Shown here in pieces: positions 1 to 9,536 of a stretch of DNA of 42,527 nt. Position numbers and translations under genes: made by a program. How positions within the stretch are numbered: the stretch's first letter is position 1; every line of letters starts with the position of its first letter. Location: IMG/VR virus record IMGVR_UViG_3300026299_000100, positions 1-42,527 of that record; one strand, written 5' to 3'. This DNA comes from a virus. Its lineage: Duplodnaviria; Caudoviricetes. The notes beneath the pieces are model-generated. The model made no database searches. It worked only from the letters and a program-made list of their open reading frames with translations, and was not told the DNA's origin.

Positions 1-936
1 CTATTGGACATCAGCTTGCGAGGCTCGGTCGATCAGAACCTTCTCACCGAGTTTAAGAATATGATTGGCAATCCTTTTCCCCGTGGGATTCGTTCCGGCC
101 CATAGCAGATAGTACAAAGGAGCACCCTTGGTGTTTCTAACCAAGCTCGGATCCGAAACATTGCCAAAAAGCTTCTCCAACCGCGATATATAGTGATTCA
201 GCAACCGCTGTCCGGCGTCAGCATGCTTTAGAATCTCTTCCCCTCCCCAGAGATCGGGCTGCGTGTAGAACGCGATATCTCTCCAGTCTGGGCAGCCGAA
301 GCAACGGTCAAGCTGGGCCGCCCAGCCTTCCGGGATAGAGCGGAGGTTCTTCATCACCAACCGGTTGATAGTCATACCCAGCGGAAAGTTGATGATGACA
401 TCGAACTTTCCCGTTCTCGCCAGTGCCTCCAAAGATGCCCAATGAAGATGAGCGCCATAGGGGTCAAGGAATGCAACACCGCGCCACAACCGACCCTTGA
501 AGTGTGCGGCGATAAACTGAACTCGTTCGTTGGCCTCCCCCTCAAGTACACTAACATCACATCCGTCTTGACCTGCTGCGAGATTTTTTAGATCTGCCAC
601 ACGCTTTGGATCGAGATCGATGAAACGATAGTGGTGAAACTTCCGATCGAGCCCCAGCGCACGTAGCGGCGAACCTGCTATGAACTCTTCAAGCTCCTTC
701 TGATCCTCGTCCTCAAAGGTCTCAGGGATCAAAAGATTTACTTCGGAGGGCTCGATTCCCGCCTGATTGCGAACCCGTACTAGCCCTGCTCCTGCGAATG
801 CGTCGATGTAGAACAGCCTAAACCGCTGTTTCTGCATCACCGTCATATATGCCTTCAGGTACCGCTCAAGGGCGTCCAGCTTCCTCTTAGCCCAAGGTCC
901 AACAGTCTTTTCGGTATGAGATTTCCGTCTGGCCAT
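1..936 (-). CDS. tcmP: Three-Cys-motif partner protein (TcmP), SAM-dependent methyltransferase-like fold
   Basis: KLxxLxxYL, YIDAFAGAG and FLDPYG motifs; directly downstream of a DUF5131 gene, its usual partner; visibly lower GC than the phage core. Confidence 0.85.
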   Translation of the reverse strand: MARRKSHTEKTVGPWAKRKLDALERYLKAYMTVMQKQRFRLFYIDAFAGAGLVRVRNQAGIEPSEVNLLIPETFEDEDQKELEEFIAGSPLRALGLDRKFHHYRFIDLDPKRVADLKNLAAGQDGCDVSVLEGEANERVQFIAAHFKGRLWRGVAFLDPYGAHLHWASLEALARTGKFDVIINFPLGMTINRLVMKNLRSIPEGWAAQLDRCFGCPDWRDIAFYTQPDLWGGEEILKHADAGQRLLNHYISRLEKLFGNVSDPSLVRNTKGAPLYYLLWAGTNPTGKRIANHILKLGEKVLIDRASQADVQ

Positions 937-988
937 CAGCTTGTCCCGATTCCGATCCGGGGATCAGACAACCAGAGTGTTCGTGGGG

Positions 989-1747
989 TCAATTGCTGAT
1001 AGCTTCAAGGATCGCCTTAGGCACGATATCAGTCGGAAACCCGTTCCACTCCTCGCCGTCGAGAACACGCCCGCCGGACTTCGGCCGGGCACCGCCCCAT
1101 TGCTTGAAGAAGAAGGCAACACCGTCACGGTCGCAGGTCAGCCTAATTTCGGTTGCCCATTCGCCTTCCATCGGCCGGGCACCTGGTCCGCTTTCGCCGC
1201 CCACGATGGCCCAGGCGATGCCGCGAAGGTCCACAGACCCGATCGGGCCAAGCAGCGGTTCAAAGGAAATGAAGCGCGCCTCGGAGTTGATCTCCTTCAG
1301 ATGGCCAATCCGGCTCTTGTGGGCCGCATCCTCGACCGAGACCCCCAGCCAGATATGTGAGGGAACCTTGCCCCCATCATAGCGGCTGCGGACGTAGTTT
1401 CGCATCAGCGAACTGCGCTTGGTCAGGACCTGATAGACATGCCAGTCGGCCGCCTCCATGGCGTCGAAGACCCTGTCGACATAGCTGCGCGGGATTTCCT
1501 TCTGGAAAAGGTCGCTCATAGAGTTCACGAAGATCATCCGCGGCTTCTTCCAGAGCGCGGGCTGTTTCAGCCTTTCCGGCCAAAGGCGGAGGTCGAAGCC
1601 GAATTCGTATGGATGGCCCGGCACCCCCCGCCAGCGTTCAGCGAAGCGCTCAGCGTAGCAGTTGTCACAGCCCGCGCCGACCTTGATGCAGCCCGCCACC
1701 GGGTTCCATGTGGCATCGGTCCATTCGATTTCGGTCTTCTGGGCCAT
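989..1747 (-). CDS. DUF5131 (phage Gp37/Gp68) family protein, radical-SAM-like three-Cys motif
   Basis: IEWTDATWNPVAGC-x6-CxxCYA, IFVNSMSDLF, SFEPLLG, VGGESG, FFFKQWGG; SD AGGAGG upstream. Confidence 0.92.
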   Translation of the reverse strand: MAQKTEIEWTDATWNPVAGCIKVGAGCDNCYAERFAERWRGVPGHPYEFGFDLRLWPERLKQPALWKKPRMIFVNSMSDLFQKEIPRSYVDRVFDAMEAADWHVYQVLTKRSSLMRNYVRSRYDGGKVPSHIWLGVSVEDAAHKSRIGHLKEINSEARFISFEPLLGPIGSVDLRGIAWAIVGGESGPGARPMEGEWATEIRLTCDRDGVAFFFKQWGGARPKSGGRVLDGEEWNGFPTDIVPKAILEAISN

Positions 1748-1768
1748 GCTCGCCTCCTGTTTTCTTTG

Positions 1769-1800
1769 ACATTAGCACAGACGATTCTTCGCGGGAATCG
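1769..1800 (-). promoter_or_regulatory. Putative internal promoter for DUF5131-tcmP with paired GANTC sites
   Basis: Extended -10-like TGCTAATGT (1777..1769); inverted repeat CGATTC-N7-GAATCG (1782..1800) made of two GANTC sites. Confidence 0.45.
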
Positions 1801-1801
1801 C

Positions 1802-2605
1802 CTACCTACCGTCACGGATCAGTAGCTCGGCCGCCCTGGTCGCACCCTTTCCGCCGATCGTATAGGTGGTCTGGACCTCTTCCAGCCGCGCCCAGGAGAA
1901 CAGGCTGCGGATTTCCGGGACATCGTTGATCGACATCAGGAACCGGCCCTTCAGCCCTGTCAGGATATCGGCCAGGCGCCGGAAATCCTGACGGCTGAAG
2001 ATCTGCTTGCCATAGTCGCCCTCGCTGCCCCAATAGGGCGGGTCGAGGTAGAATAGGGTGTCCGGCGTGTCATAGCGCCGGATGAAGTCACCGAAATCCA
2101 GGCATTCGATGGTCACGCCGGCGAGGCGGCTGTGCAGGTCCTCCAGCATCGGCTCCAACGTGGTCAGGTTGAACCGCGCCGGCCGCCCGGTCTGCACCCC
2201 GAAATTCCGCCCGCTGACCTTGCCGCCGAATGCGGTGCGCTGCAGGTAGAGGAAGCGCGCTGCGCGTTCGAGATCGGTCAGGGTGTCGGGATTGGTGTCG
2301 ATCAGGCGGTTGAACTCCGCCCGGATGGTGAGCTGGAAGCGTAGCACTTCCAGGAACTGGGGATAGTGCCGCTGCAGGATGCGGAACAGGTTGGCGACGT
2401 CGCGGCCGGCGTCGTTGATCACCTCTGCTCGCGGACGCGATGTCCGCCGCAGGAAGATGCCACCCATGCCGACGAATGGCTCGGCATAGGTGCTGCAGGG
2501 TATCCCGTCGAGGATCGAGCAGATGCGTTTGGCGAGGTTACGCTTACCGCCGATCCAGGGGGCCACGGGCTGCACTGGTTCAACGGGTGTTAAAGGGGTG
2601 TTCAT
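1802..2605 (-). CDS. DNA adenine methyltransferase (Dam/D12 class) at the Mu mom position
   Basis: PWIGGK, EPFVGMG (motif I), INDA, YLDPPY (motif IV); follows the last tail gene. Confidence 0.93.
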   Translation of the reverse strand: MNTPLTPVEPVQPVAPWIGGKRNLAKRICSILDGIPCSTYAEPFVGMGGIFLRRTSRPRAEVINDAGRDVANLFRILQRHYPQFLEVLRFQLTIRAEFNRLIDTNPDTLTDLERAARFLYLQRTAFGGKVSGRNFGVQTGRPARFNLTTLEPMLEDLHSRLAGVTIECLDFGDFIRRYDTPDTLFYLDPPYWGSEGDYGKQIFSRQDFRRLADILTGLKGRFLMSINDVPEIRSLFSWARLEEVQTTYTIGGKGATRAAELLIRDGR

Positions 2606-2733
2606 CCGAATCGTGCCTCTCTGCCGCTGCCCCTTCGGGGGCGGATGCGGCCATGAAGCGCTTCCTGGTCGATGGGGCCAGCCTCAGAAACAGACCCCAT
2701 GCCGGGGGGCGCAGACGCGCCCTCCGGCCTCCT
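2606..2733 (-). promoter_or_regulatory. Structured leader upstream of the methylase
   Basis: Hairpins GCCGGAGGGCGC/GCGCCCCCCGGC, ATGGGGTC/GGCCCCAT and GCCCC-CGAA-GGGGC next to the SD; imperfect palindrome CCATGAAGCGCTTCCTGG at 2651..2668. Confidence 0.4.
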
Positions 2734-3078
2734 TCAGGCCGCCGCGATAATCACCAAGATCCGGGCGGGGTCGGCATCCGGCGGCGGGTCGGCATCTGGA
2801 TCAGCCGTGCGCAGGTCATGGACCTGTAGCAGCGCCTGCGCCCGTGCGGCGGCGGCCATGTCGGCACCCCATTCCGGGGCCACCAGCGGGCCATAGGCGG
2901 GCAGCAGCCATCCCGCATCCACCATCCCGGCGGCGCGGGCGTAGGTCTGGCCGTCCACGGTGATCCGCTGGGCCTGATCGAACGTCAGTGCATCCGCCGC
3001 TGAATAGCCCAGCACCCGCGCCAGTTGATTTGCGTCGGCCAGATGGGCCAGCGGCACGGTGATGGTGATGTGGATCAT
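2734..3078 (-). CDS. Hypothetical tail-region protein
   Basis: ATGA-coupled to the upstream gene (start moved to 3078); last gene of the tail cluster. Confidence 0.65.
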   Translation of the reverse strand: MIHITITVPLAHLADANQLARVLGYSAADALTFDQAQRITVDGQTYARAAGMVDAGWLLPAYGPLVAPEWGADMAAAARAQALLQVHDLRTADPDADPPPDADPARILVIIAAA

Positions 3079-4109
3079 GGTGCATACCTCGCCCAATACG
3101 CCCTGATCTGGGCTTCCTCGCTCGCCGTGAACGCGCCCTGCCGCAGGATCACATCCACCTGCCGAGTGCCGGATAGCGCGTCCGTGGGATCGACCACAGT
3201 ATCAACCGTGACCTGCCCCGCTGTATTGACCCGCGCCCGGCCGTAGGTGCCAGCGGGCAGGGTGATCGGCAGGCTGTCACCACCATCATTATAGAGATGC
3301 CAAACGTCCGGCACCCCCGCCTCGGTGAGGTCGTAATCCGACACCGCCCGCTGATAGGTGCTGGCCGCTGCCCCGGTCTCCAACTGCAAATCGCGCACAT
3401 AGAGGGTTACAGGGGATGTCAGCGCAGTGTAGATATACGCTGACGGGAAAAGGCTGGCGTTGGCGGTTGGGGCCCCTGCGTGATCCCTGCGCAGCCATTG
3501 CCCGACCAGCGCTGCCGAATTGCCCGCGTCGATCACCAGAGCCACCGGCGTCTGCCCGCCGCTGGTGAAGATCAGCCGGAGCCGCTCTGTCCCGGTCAGT
3601 GCGCGCGACAGGCTGACCCATGCTGAACCGCAATACTGTGTGCCTGACAGGACGGGTATTGGGTTGGTCGGGCGATGATCCGCCCGACAATTCGAGTGCA
3701 ATGCGGGCATCGTCTGGTCAAACCCGATAGCAACACAGGACGCCCCAAGATGGGTAACTCCGTTCGTAACACCGGGCGGGCTGGCCCCCTTTGCCTCCCA
3801 TCCCGTATCGGCAGGAGAGTATTGCAGCATGTTTCGCCGACCGCCACGGGGCCAGCGGCCTAGTGTGGGGCGGGAGAGGGCGGTGCCCTGACTGGCATCC
3901 GCAGACCCGCCTGCCCGTTTGACCAGCCCGACAGGCTGACCCGGAGCCGTCACCGGGATGGTGCCCGCCGCATCCTGAAACAGCCTGCCCCGCACGGGAT
4001 CGTAGCTGTCGGGCCAGTGGCCGGGCTGGCCGGCCGCGAAGAGGCTGGAGAGGCCCGCGCGGTGCGCGCCCAGCCGGAACGGGTCGAACGGCCGGAACGG
4101 ATCACGCAT
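3075..4109 (-). CDS. Putative fibre/spike or receptor-binding protein with carbohydrate-binding-like domain
   Basis: LFQDAAGTIPVTAPGQPVG and LQLETGAAASTYQR motifs typical of phage fibre proteins; start set at 4109 overlapping the upstream stop. Confidence 0.6.
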   Translation of the reverse strand: MRDPFRPFDPFRLGAHRAGLSSLFAAGQPGHWPDSYDPVRGRLFQDAAGTIPVTAPGQPVGLVKRAGGSADASQGTALSRPTLGRWPRGGRRNMLQYSPADTGWEAKGASPPGVTNGVTHLGASCVAIGFDQTMPALHSNCRADHRPTNPIPVLSGTQYCGSAWVSLSRALTGTERLRLIFTSGGQTPVALVIDAGNSAALVGQWLRRDHAGAPTANASLFPSAYIYTALTSPVTLYVRDLQLETGAAASTYQRAVSDYDLTEAGVPDVWHLYNDGGDSLPITLPAGTYGRARVNTAGQVTVDTVVDPTDALSGTRQVDVILRQGAFTASEEAQIRAYWARYAP

Positions 4110-4389
4110 GGCTGACCGAGACCTCGGTCTGGGCCCCGGACCAGACCCAGACATGCGCCGGGGTGCTGAGGCCCGGATAGAGCAGCGCCAGCGGAGTATC
4201 GGGCAGGATCACCTTGCCCGTCCCCAGTTGCACGGCCCCGGCGGCCGAGGCCGGAGGCGAGGTATCCGCCGTCAGCTGCACCAGAACCTCGAAAGGCCCG
4301 CGCGCCTGCAGCCGCAGCGCGCTGACGGTGGAATCAGTCACGCGGGTCCAGGTCTTTGCCTGGACAATGATCGTGTCATGCTTGGGCAT
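4102..4389 (-). CDS. Small beta-rich virion-associated protein (hypothetical)
   Basis: Coupled ORF with SD GAGGAG in the tail-fibre cluster. Confidence 0.65.
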   Translation of the reverse strand: MPKHDTIIVQAKTWTRVTDSTVSALRLQARGPFEVLVQLTADTSPPASAAGAVQLGTGKVILPDTPLALLYPGLSTPAHVWVWSGAQTEVSVSHA

Positions 4390-4930
4390 CGGGGGTCTCC
4401 TCGGTGATGATGGATAGGGCGGCAGTCACGTCCTCGGGCGTCTCGGCCGCGTCGATCGCGGCGGCGGCGGACATGCGCAGCGCCTCCAGCCGCGCGGCCG
4501 CCGCGCGCCAGAGGGTGGCGAGATTGAGCCAGATCTGCACGAGGCTGGCCGCATCCGGCGCGGTGATGCCGACCTCGGCCGAGATCAGCGGATAGTCGGC
4601 CGGATCGGGGGCGCGGTCCGCGATCCACGCCCGCGCCTCGGCCTCCTTGGCCAGGTAGATCATGTCCTGGCCCGGCATATCCGTGATCATCGCGGCCCGC
4701 GCCGCGCGGATCGCAGCGGACACCTGCACCCGCGCGGCCGATCTGGCCTCCGCCAGCACCTCCTCGGCCGGGGGGCCGGGCGGCGCGCTGAATGCCCTGC
4801 CATCCCAGCGCCAGCCGATGTCCGCGCCAGCGGTCAGCTCCGGCCAGTCCCTGGCCCAGTCCGGGATGCTGTCGGGGTCCACCTCGACCGCGTTGATGAC
4901 GCTACCACCCTCGATCTTTGCCAGCCTCAT
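4376..4930 (-). CDS. Putative tail fibre assembly protein
   Basis: Start MRLAKIEGG overlaps the fibre stop (ATGA); ADIGWRWDG and GQDMIYLAKEAEARAW...YPLISAEVG motifs. Confidence 0.65.
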   Translation of the reverse strand: MRLAKIEGGSVINAVEVDPDSIPDWARDWPELTAGADIGWRWDGRAFSAPPGPPAEEVLAEARSAARVQVSAAIRAARAAMITDMPGQDMIYLAKEAEARAWIADRAPDPADYPLISAEVGITAPDAASLVQIWLNLATLWRAAAARLEALRMSAAAAIDAAETPEDVTAALSIITEETPDAQA

Positions 4931-5961
4931 ATCCAGATCCTCACCTCTCCGCGCGCACCTGCCGCGCCCCGACCACCGCCGCCACCGGGGGCCACACCGG
5001 CGACAGTGACAGCGCCGCCATTGCCGCCCAACAAGCTGGCGCCGCCAAGCCCGGCCGCGCCAGACCCGCCGCCCCCGCCGCCGTGAATGGCGGCACCGCC
5101 ATCGGCAGAGCTGCCGGTGGACCCGCCACCTCCACCACCGCCCCACAGATTCCCTGCGTCCGCACCGACGCCTGTCGCGGTGCCGCCAGCCCCGCCGCCC
5201 AGGCGGCCCCCAGGGCCGCCGCTACCACCCGAGGTGTTGCCGGCCCCGGCCGCACCTCCACCACCGCCGCCGTGAGCGCTGTTGCTGCGGCCACCACCAT
5301 AGGCTGTCAACAGCGCGCCGAATGTGGTGTTGCCCCCGGCGGTATTGGTCGCGCCGCCCGCGCCGATGCCAACGCTGACGCTGCTGGCCAGATCGCCCAG
5401 CCGGAACCAGCCGCAGATATAGCCACCACCACCACCGCCACCGCCGGGGTTTCCGCTGGAGCCGCCGCCACCACCGGCCCAGAGTTCGACGAACACCATG
5501 GTGTCGTCGTCCAGCCCCGTCGGTTTGGTCCAGGTGCCGCTGGCGGTGAATTGCCACATATACCGCGGCATCATCAGACCGCCGCCCGCACCCCCCAGCA
5601 CCCGGAACGCCCCGGCCACATATTCCAGCAGCACCCGTGTCCCGGCTGCCGCCGCGCCCGACACCATCGCCGCGCCCGAGGCATCCAGCACCGCGATCGG
5701 CGATCCGCCGTTGAGCGCCAGCGTCATGCCGCCCGAATTGGTCGCGCCCCAGGTCAGGCAGAATTTCATGCCGGCGACCAGCCCGGCAAGCAGGGGCGGG
5801 TCCAGCGTGGCCGTCACCGCGTTGCCGGTGCCGCCCACCGCCGTCAGCGGCAGGACCGAGGCGTTGAACAGCTGCCCCAGCCGGTCGGAATACTGCTCCA
5901 GGAACTGCAGGCCCGTCGGCGGGGGGCCGGAGAGATGGGAATAGGTGGAACGGTCAGCCAT
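4927..5961 (-). CDS. Glycine-rich tail fibre-like protein
   Basis: FTASGTWTKP...VELWAGGGGG, GGGGGG runs and C-terminal GARGEVRIW. Confidence 0.75.
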   Translation of the reverse strand: MADRSTYSHLSGPPPTGLQFLEQYSDRLGQLFNASVLPLTAVGGTGNAVTATLDPPLLAGLVAGMKFCLTWGATNSGGMTLALNGGSPIAVLDASGAAMVSGAAAAGTRVLLEYVAGAFRVLGGAGGGLMMPRYMWQFTASGTWTKPTGLDDDTMVFVELWAGGGGGSSGNPGGGGGGGGYICGWFRLGDLASSVSVGIGAGGATNTAGGNTTFGALLTAYGGGRSNSAHGGGGGGAAGAGNTSGGSGGPGGRLGGGAGGTATGVGADAGNLWGGGGGGGSTGSSADGGAAIHGGGGGGSGAAGLGGASLLGGNGGAVTVAGVAPGGGGGRGAAGARGEVRIWI

Positions 5962-8614
5962 GATGTACCTCGTTTGCCTCGTCGACCAGCGTCAGGGCGG
6001 CGGTCAGGTCCTCGCGCGGCTCGATGTCGAAAACCTTGCAGCGCAGGGTCTCGCGGCCCGCCAGCCCTACCGACACCAGACAGCCATCCTCGATGCCTGC
6101 GGGCGAAATCGGCGCGGCGAATGTGATCGTCTGGCTGTCACCATCTCCGGTGATCGGATGAACCGTGGCGGTGCCATTGGCGCGGCGGATCATCGCGGCC
6201 GAACTGGCGCCGATCAGCGACATGTCCGGCACCGCCGACAGATCCGCGATGGCGGCCCAACTCGGCCGGGTGATCACTGGCACCGCGGCATCGAGGTCGA
6301 GCGCCGCCACCTGATCGGCATCGTCCAGCCAGATCGTGCCCACGCGGCCGGTGCCGCCGTGGCGCTCGATCAGGTCGTGCTGCACCGCCACCAGGCTGCC
6401 CCTGCGGCAGACGATGGCCTCGGCCGGGGCCGTCAGATTATAGAACGTGCCGCGCGCCTGCGGCTGGGCCAGATCGTAGAGCGCACGGCGGCGCACCTCG
6501 GTCTCGGTGACGACGCCCTCGTAATCGGTCTGCTCCAGCACCCCGCGCGCCGATCCGCCCGGCCGCAGCACGGTGATCTGGCGGGCCTCGTAGTCGAGAT
6601 CCGCGTCGCGGAAATTGACCCGCAGCCCGTCCGGCAGCCGCGGCATCGCCCGCCGCCAGCTGAACCCCTCGCTGTTGCGCGGCGTGAACATCTGCACCGG
6701 GGCCTCGGCCGAGGTGTCCCTGTCCACCATCACGCCCCAGATCTCTGACGCATAGGGCTGGCCATAGCCGCAGGCGGCCACGATGGCCGCCGCCGCCCAG
6801 GCACCTTGCCCCTCGATCACCGCATTGACGCGCCAGCCCTCGGCCGTGCAGTCGTCGCGCCAGTCCAGCAGGCCCGCAGTGTCGATCAGATCGGGCGGCA
6901 GGGCGTCGGCGTTGAGGGCCCCGGCATAGATGTCGCGCAAGTGGGGCGCGGGATTGTCCGTGACCTGCCAGTCGCGCCAGTCGGTGCCGTCCCAGTCCGG
7001 CACCCAGCCGCCCGCCAGGGTGGACACACGCTCCAGCTGCTTGTTGCGGGCGCGAACGGCGATCACCGCCAGATCGCCGGTGATGACCGGGGTCTCGTTC
7101 CAGATCGAGACGCTGCGCAGGAGGACCAGGCTGTCGGCAATGCTGTCGCGCGAGCGGACGATGGCCGGCGCGGTCGGGTTGCGATAGCCGAATAGCGCCC
7201 AGACCGAGCCCGAGACGGTATAGGCCGCAGCGGAATAGTCGGTCTGGCGGAACACCGCGCCGCGCAGGATCTCGACCTCCCAGCGGCCGGGTTCCCAGAG
7301 CGCGGGATCCAGATGGATCGTGGCGGTGTAGCGGTCGAGGTGGACCCCGGTCACGCCGGTGGTGCCCAGATTGCCCGCAGCCATCCAGGCATCGCCCGTG
7401 GTGCCGAACGCGGCGTCGGCCTCCCAGCCACCACCGGCGGGCACGGCGGTCTGGTCCGGGCTGGCCCGCCGCGCCTCGACCCAGCCTTCGCTGGCCGCGG
7501 CGGCGGGCGTGGCGGCGGCTGCGGTCCAGAGGAGGCGCAGGGTCAGCCGCATCTGCCGCAGCGTCGCGCCTTGCAGGTGCAATTCGGGCAGGTTGCGCCA
7601 ATGGGTCGATCCGCGACGGCGCATGCGGATCCTGACAGGCACCCGCAGCTTCGTCGTCCCGCCCTCGAAATGCAGGCCCTGGGCGAAGATCAGCTGCAGC
7701 TGGTGCTCGTCCGGGGCGGCCCAGGTCGCCACTGTGGCGGGCTGTGGCACGGTCTGCGCCACGTCGAGCGTGGGATCGAGCAGCGCACCATCGTCGCTGT
7801 CGGTGACGTGGCCGCGCAGCTCGGCCTGTGACGCTTCGGTGCGGCTCTGGCGGCGCAACAGCCAGAGCGGTGTGTCGCCGGGCCAGCCTTCGCGCGTCTC
7901 GATCTCGACGCCGGCCGTATCCCCCGCGACGGCCGCGCCGATGCGGATGTCGTGCAGGCGGTGCGGCCCGGCCAGCACATAGGCGGCCTCGATCACCTCG
8001 TCCGCGCCCTCGAAATAGGTCAGCGGCTCGGTGCCGAGCGGCGGGTAGACCTTCCGCTCGCCCAGGACGCGCGGAATAGGGCCGTTGGGCTCCAGGATAT
8101 TGCCTTGCAGGCTTGCCGCACCCTCGTTGCGCCAGCGGTCCTGTTTCTGGGCCTTGGGCGAGGGTGACAGGGCGGACAGCAGGAGCGAGCCGACGATCTG
8201 GATGCCTGCGGCGGCGGCATAGGCGGCGGTCGATCCGGCTGTGAACGCGGTCAGGCCGAATTTCGTGGCCAGCCCGCCATTCAACACGAATCCGGTGGCC
8301 AGCGACAGCGCGATCGAGGCGATGAACGCAAAGATTTTCTTGCCGCCGCCCTCGCCGCCCTGGGGCGGCAGGTGGAACGACAGCTCGACCGGCCGGCCGG
8401 GCCGGGGCGGTTTCGGGCGAACCAGCGCCCAGGCCGTGCGGGGCACCTCATGGCCGTTGAGGCAGATCCGTCCGCGGCGGCGGAATTCGGGTGGCAGGGC
8501 TGGCGTGAAGGCGTCGATCGCTGCCTCGATCGAGCGGCCGGGTTGCTGCCAGCAGACACGCGGCGTCAGGCCGAAGGAATCCCGATAGGCGCAGAGGATG
8601 TGACTTTCCTTCAT
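5954..8614 (-). CDS. Tail tip / host-specificity protein (lambda J-like central tail hub)
   Basis: ~886 aa after the NlpC/P60 gene; PIPRVLGERKVYPP, TDNPA, QMFTPRNS motifs; ATGA-coupled start. Confidence 0.8.
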   Translation of the reverse strand: MKESHILCAYRDSFGLTPRVCWQQPGRSIEAAIDAFTPALPPEFRRRGRICLNGHEVPRTAWALVRPKPPRPGRPVELSFHLPPQGGEGGGKKIFAFIASIALSLATGFVLNGGLATKFGLTAFTAGSTAAYAAAAGIQIVGSLLLSALSPSPKAQKQDRWRNEGAASLQGNILEPNGPIPRVLGERKVYPPLGTEPLTYFEGADEVIEAAYVLAGPHRLHDIRIGAAVAGDTAGVEIETREGWPGDTPLWLLRRQSRTEASQAELRGHVTDSDDGALLDPTLDVAQTVPQPATVATWAAPDEHQLQLIFAQGLHFEGGTTKLRVPVRIRMRRRGSTHWRNLPELHLQGATLRQMRLTLRLLWTAAAATPAAAASEGWVEARRASPDQTAVPAGGGWEADAAFGTTGDAWMAAGNLGTTGVTGVHLDRYTATIHLDPALWEPGRWEVEILRGAVFRQTDYSAAAYTVSGSVWALFGYRNPTAPAIVRSRDSIADSLVLLRSVSIWNETPVITGDLAVIAVRARNKQLERVSTLAGGWVPDWDGTDWRDWQVTDNPAPHLRDIYAGALNADALPPDLIDTAGLLDWRDDCTAEGWRVNAVIEGQGAWAAAAIVAACGYGQPYASEIWGVMVDRDTSAEAPVQMFTPRNSEGFSWRRAMPRLPDGLRVNFRDADLDYEARQITVLRPGGSARGVLEQTDYEGVVTETEVRRRALYDLAQPQARGTFYNLTAPAEAIVCRRGSLVAVQHDLIERHGGTGRVGTIWLDDADQVAALDLDAAVPVITRPSWAAIADLSAVPDMSLIGASSAAMIRRANGTATVHPITGDGDSQTITFAAPISPAGIEDGCLVSVGLAGRETLRCKVFDIEPREDLTAALTLVDEANEVHHG

Positions 8615-9027
8615 GCCGCGCGCCTCCGGTATCCGGTGATGCGCCGCGCCACCGACCAATGCGTGACCGGCACGATCACCGCATGGCTGGCCGCCTCGAC
8701 ATGCAGCATGCGGCTGCGGTCGATCATTACGCCGACATGAACCACGGCCGAGCCGCCGGTCGGGCCCCGCATGGCCACCACGTCGAAGGCCTGCGGCACG
8801 CCCACCACCCGCCAGCCATCCCTCGTATCACCGGCCTTCATGGCCTTGGCGATGCGGATCAGGTCATGGGCGGAAATCTCCCCGTAAAGGGGGAGTTGAA
8901 TACCCAGTTCAAGGTCGTAGACCGCCACCACCAGGCTCCAGCAGGTCACCTCGCCCGGTTCCTCTCCAAACGGGAGGCCGACATAGCGTTCCCACCAGGG
9001 GCGGGCAGAGGTGGCCAGCGCGATCAT
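8611..9027 (-). CDS. NlpC/P60 family tail-tip assembly protein
   Basis: YVGLPF...TCWSLV...HVG...MLH catalytic Cys/His pattern; start MIALATS coupled to the upstream stop. Confidence 0.85.
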   Translation of the reverse strand: MIALATSARPWWERYVGLPFGEEPGEVTCWSLVVAVYDLELGIQLPLYGEISAHDLIRIAKAMKAGDTRDGWRVVGVPQAFDVVAMRGPTGGSAVVHVGVMIDRSRMLHVEAASHAVIVPVTHWSVARRITGYRRRAA

Positions 9028-9536
9028 CGGAACAACGCCGGCAGGCGGTCCTGCGTCGCAAACACGTTCGGGAACGGTTCCTGGCTGAAATCCCGGATCA
9101 TCAGACGCCCGGTCAGCTCGGCCACCGTGCATTCGACATCCACCAGTTCCCACCGCGTCGGCGGGATCACCGGCGAAACCGGGCCTTTCGGCTCGCGCGG
9201 GTCGACGCTGAGGTCGAAATCCGCCGCCGAGCAGATCTCCAGCGTGACCTGGGCGCGGTCGGTCAGCTGACGCAGCGCCATGCCGATGCGGCGGTCGACG
9301 TTCGGAATCGTCAGGCGGCAGCTGGGGGCCTCCTCGCCATCGGTCGGCAGGGTGAAGCCGAAGAGGACCCCCTGCCAGACCCAGCCGTCGCGCAGGTAGT
9401 CCATCACATCGGCCACCAGCCGCAGCGGTTCCGACAGGCTGGGATGCTCGACCAGCGCGAATGCCAAGATCGCATCGACGCTCTCGGTCGATTCGATCGA
9501 GGCGCGGACGGGTGCGGGGATGATGCGCTGGGTCAT
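9024..9536 (-). CDS. DUF1833-like minor tail protein
   Basis: HPSLSEPLRLV, FGFTLP, LTIPNVDRRI, EPFP motifs; lies between distal tail and NlpC/P60 genes. Confidence 0.75.
   Translation of the reverse strand: MTQRIIPAPVRASIESTESVDAILAFALVEHPSLSEPLRLVADVMDYLRDGWVWQGVLFGFTLPTDGEEAPSCRLTIPNVDRRIGMALRQLTDRAQVTLEICSAADFDLSVDPREPKGPVSPVIPPTRWELVDVECTVAELTGRLMIRDFSQEPFPNVFATQDRLPALFR

Noticed and set aside
937..988. TGTC...GACA inverted repeat as a prophage end
   Set aside because: Short intergenic hairpin within an apparent operon; no repeated transposase-binding sites seen nearby
2602..2700. Com zinc-finger gene upstream of the methylase
   Set aside because: The only short ORF has no cysteines
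4940..5480. GCC/CCG-rich repeats as a tandem array or CRISPR
   Set aside because: Explained by poly-Gly codons; no constant repeat-spacer period and no cas genes
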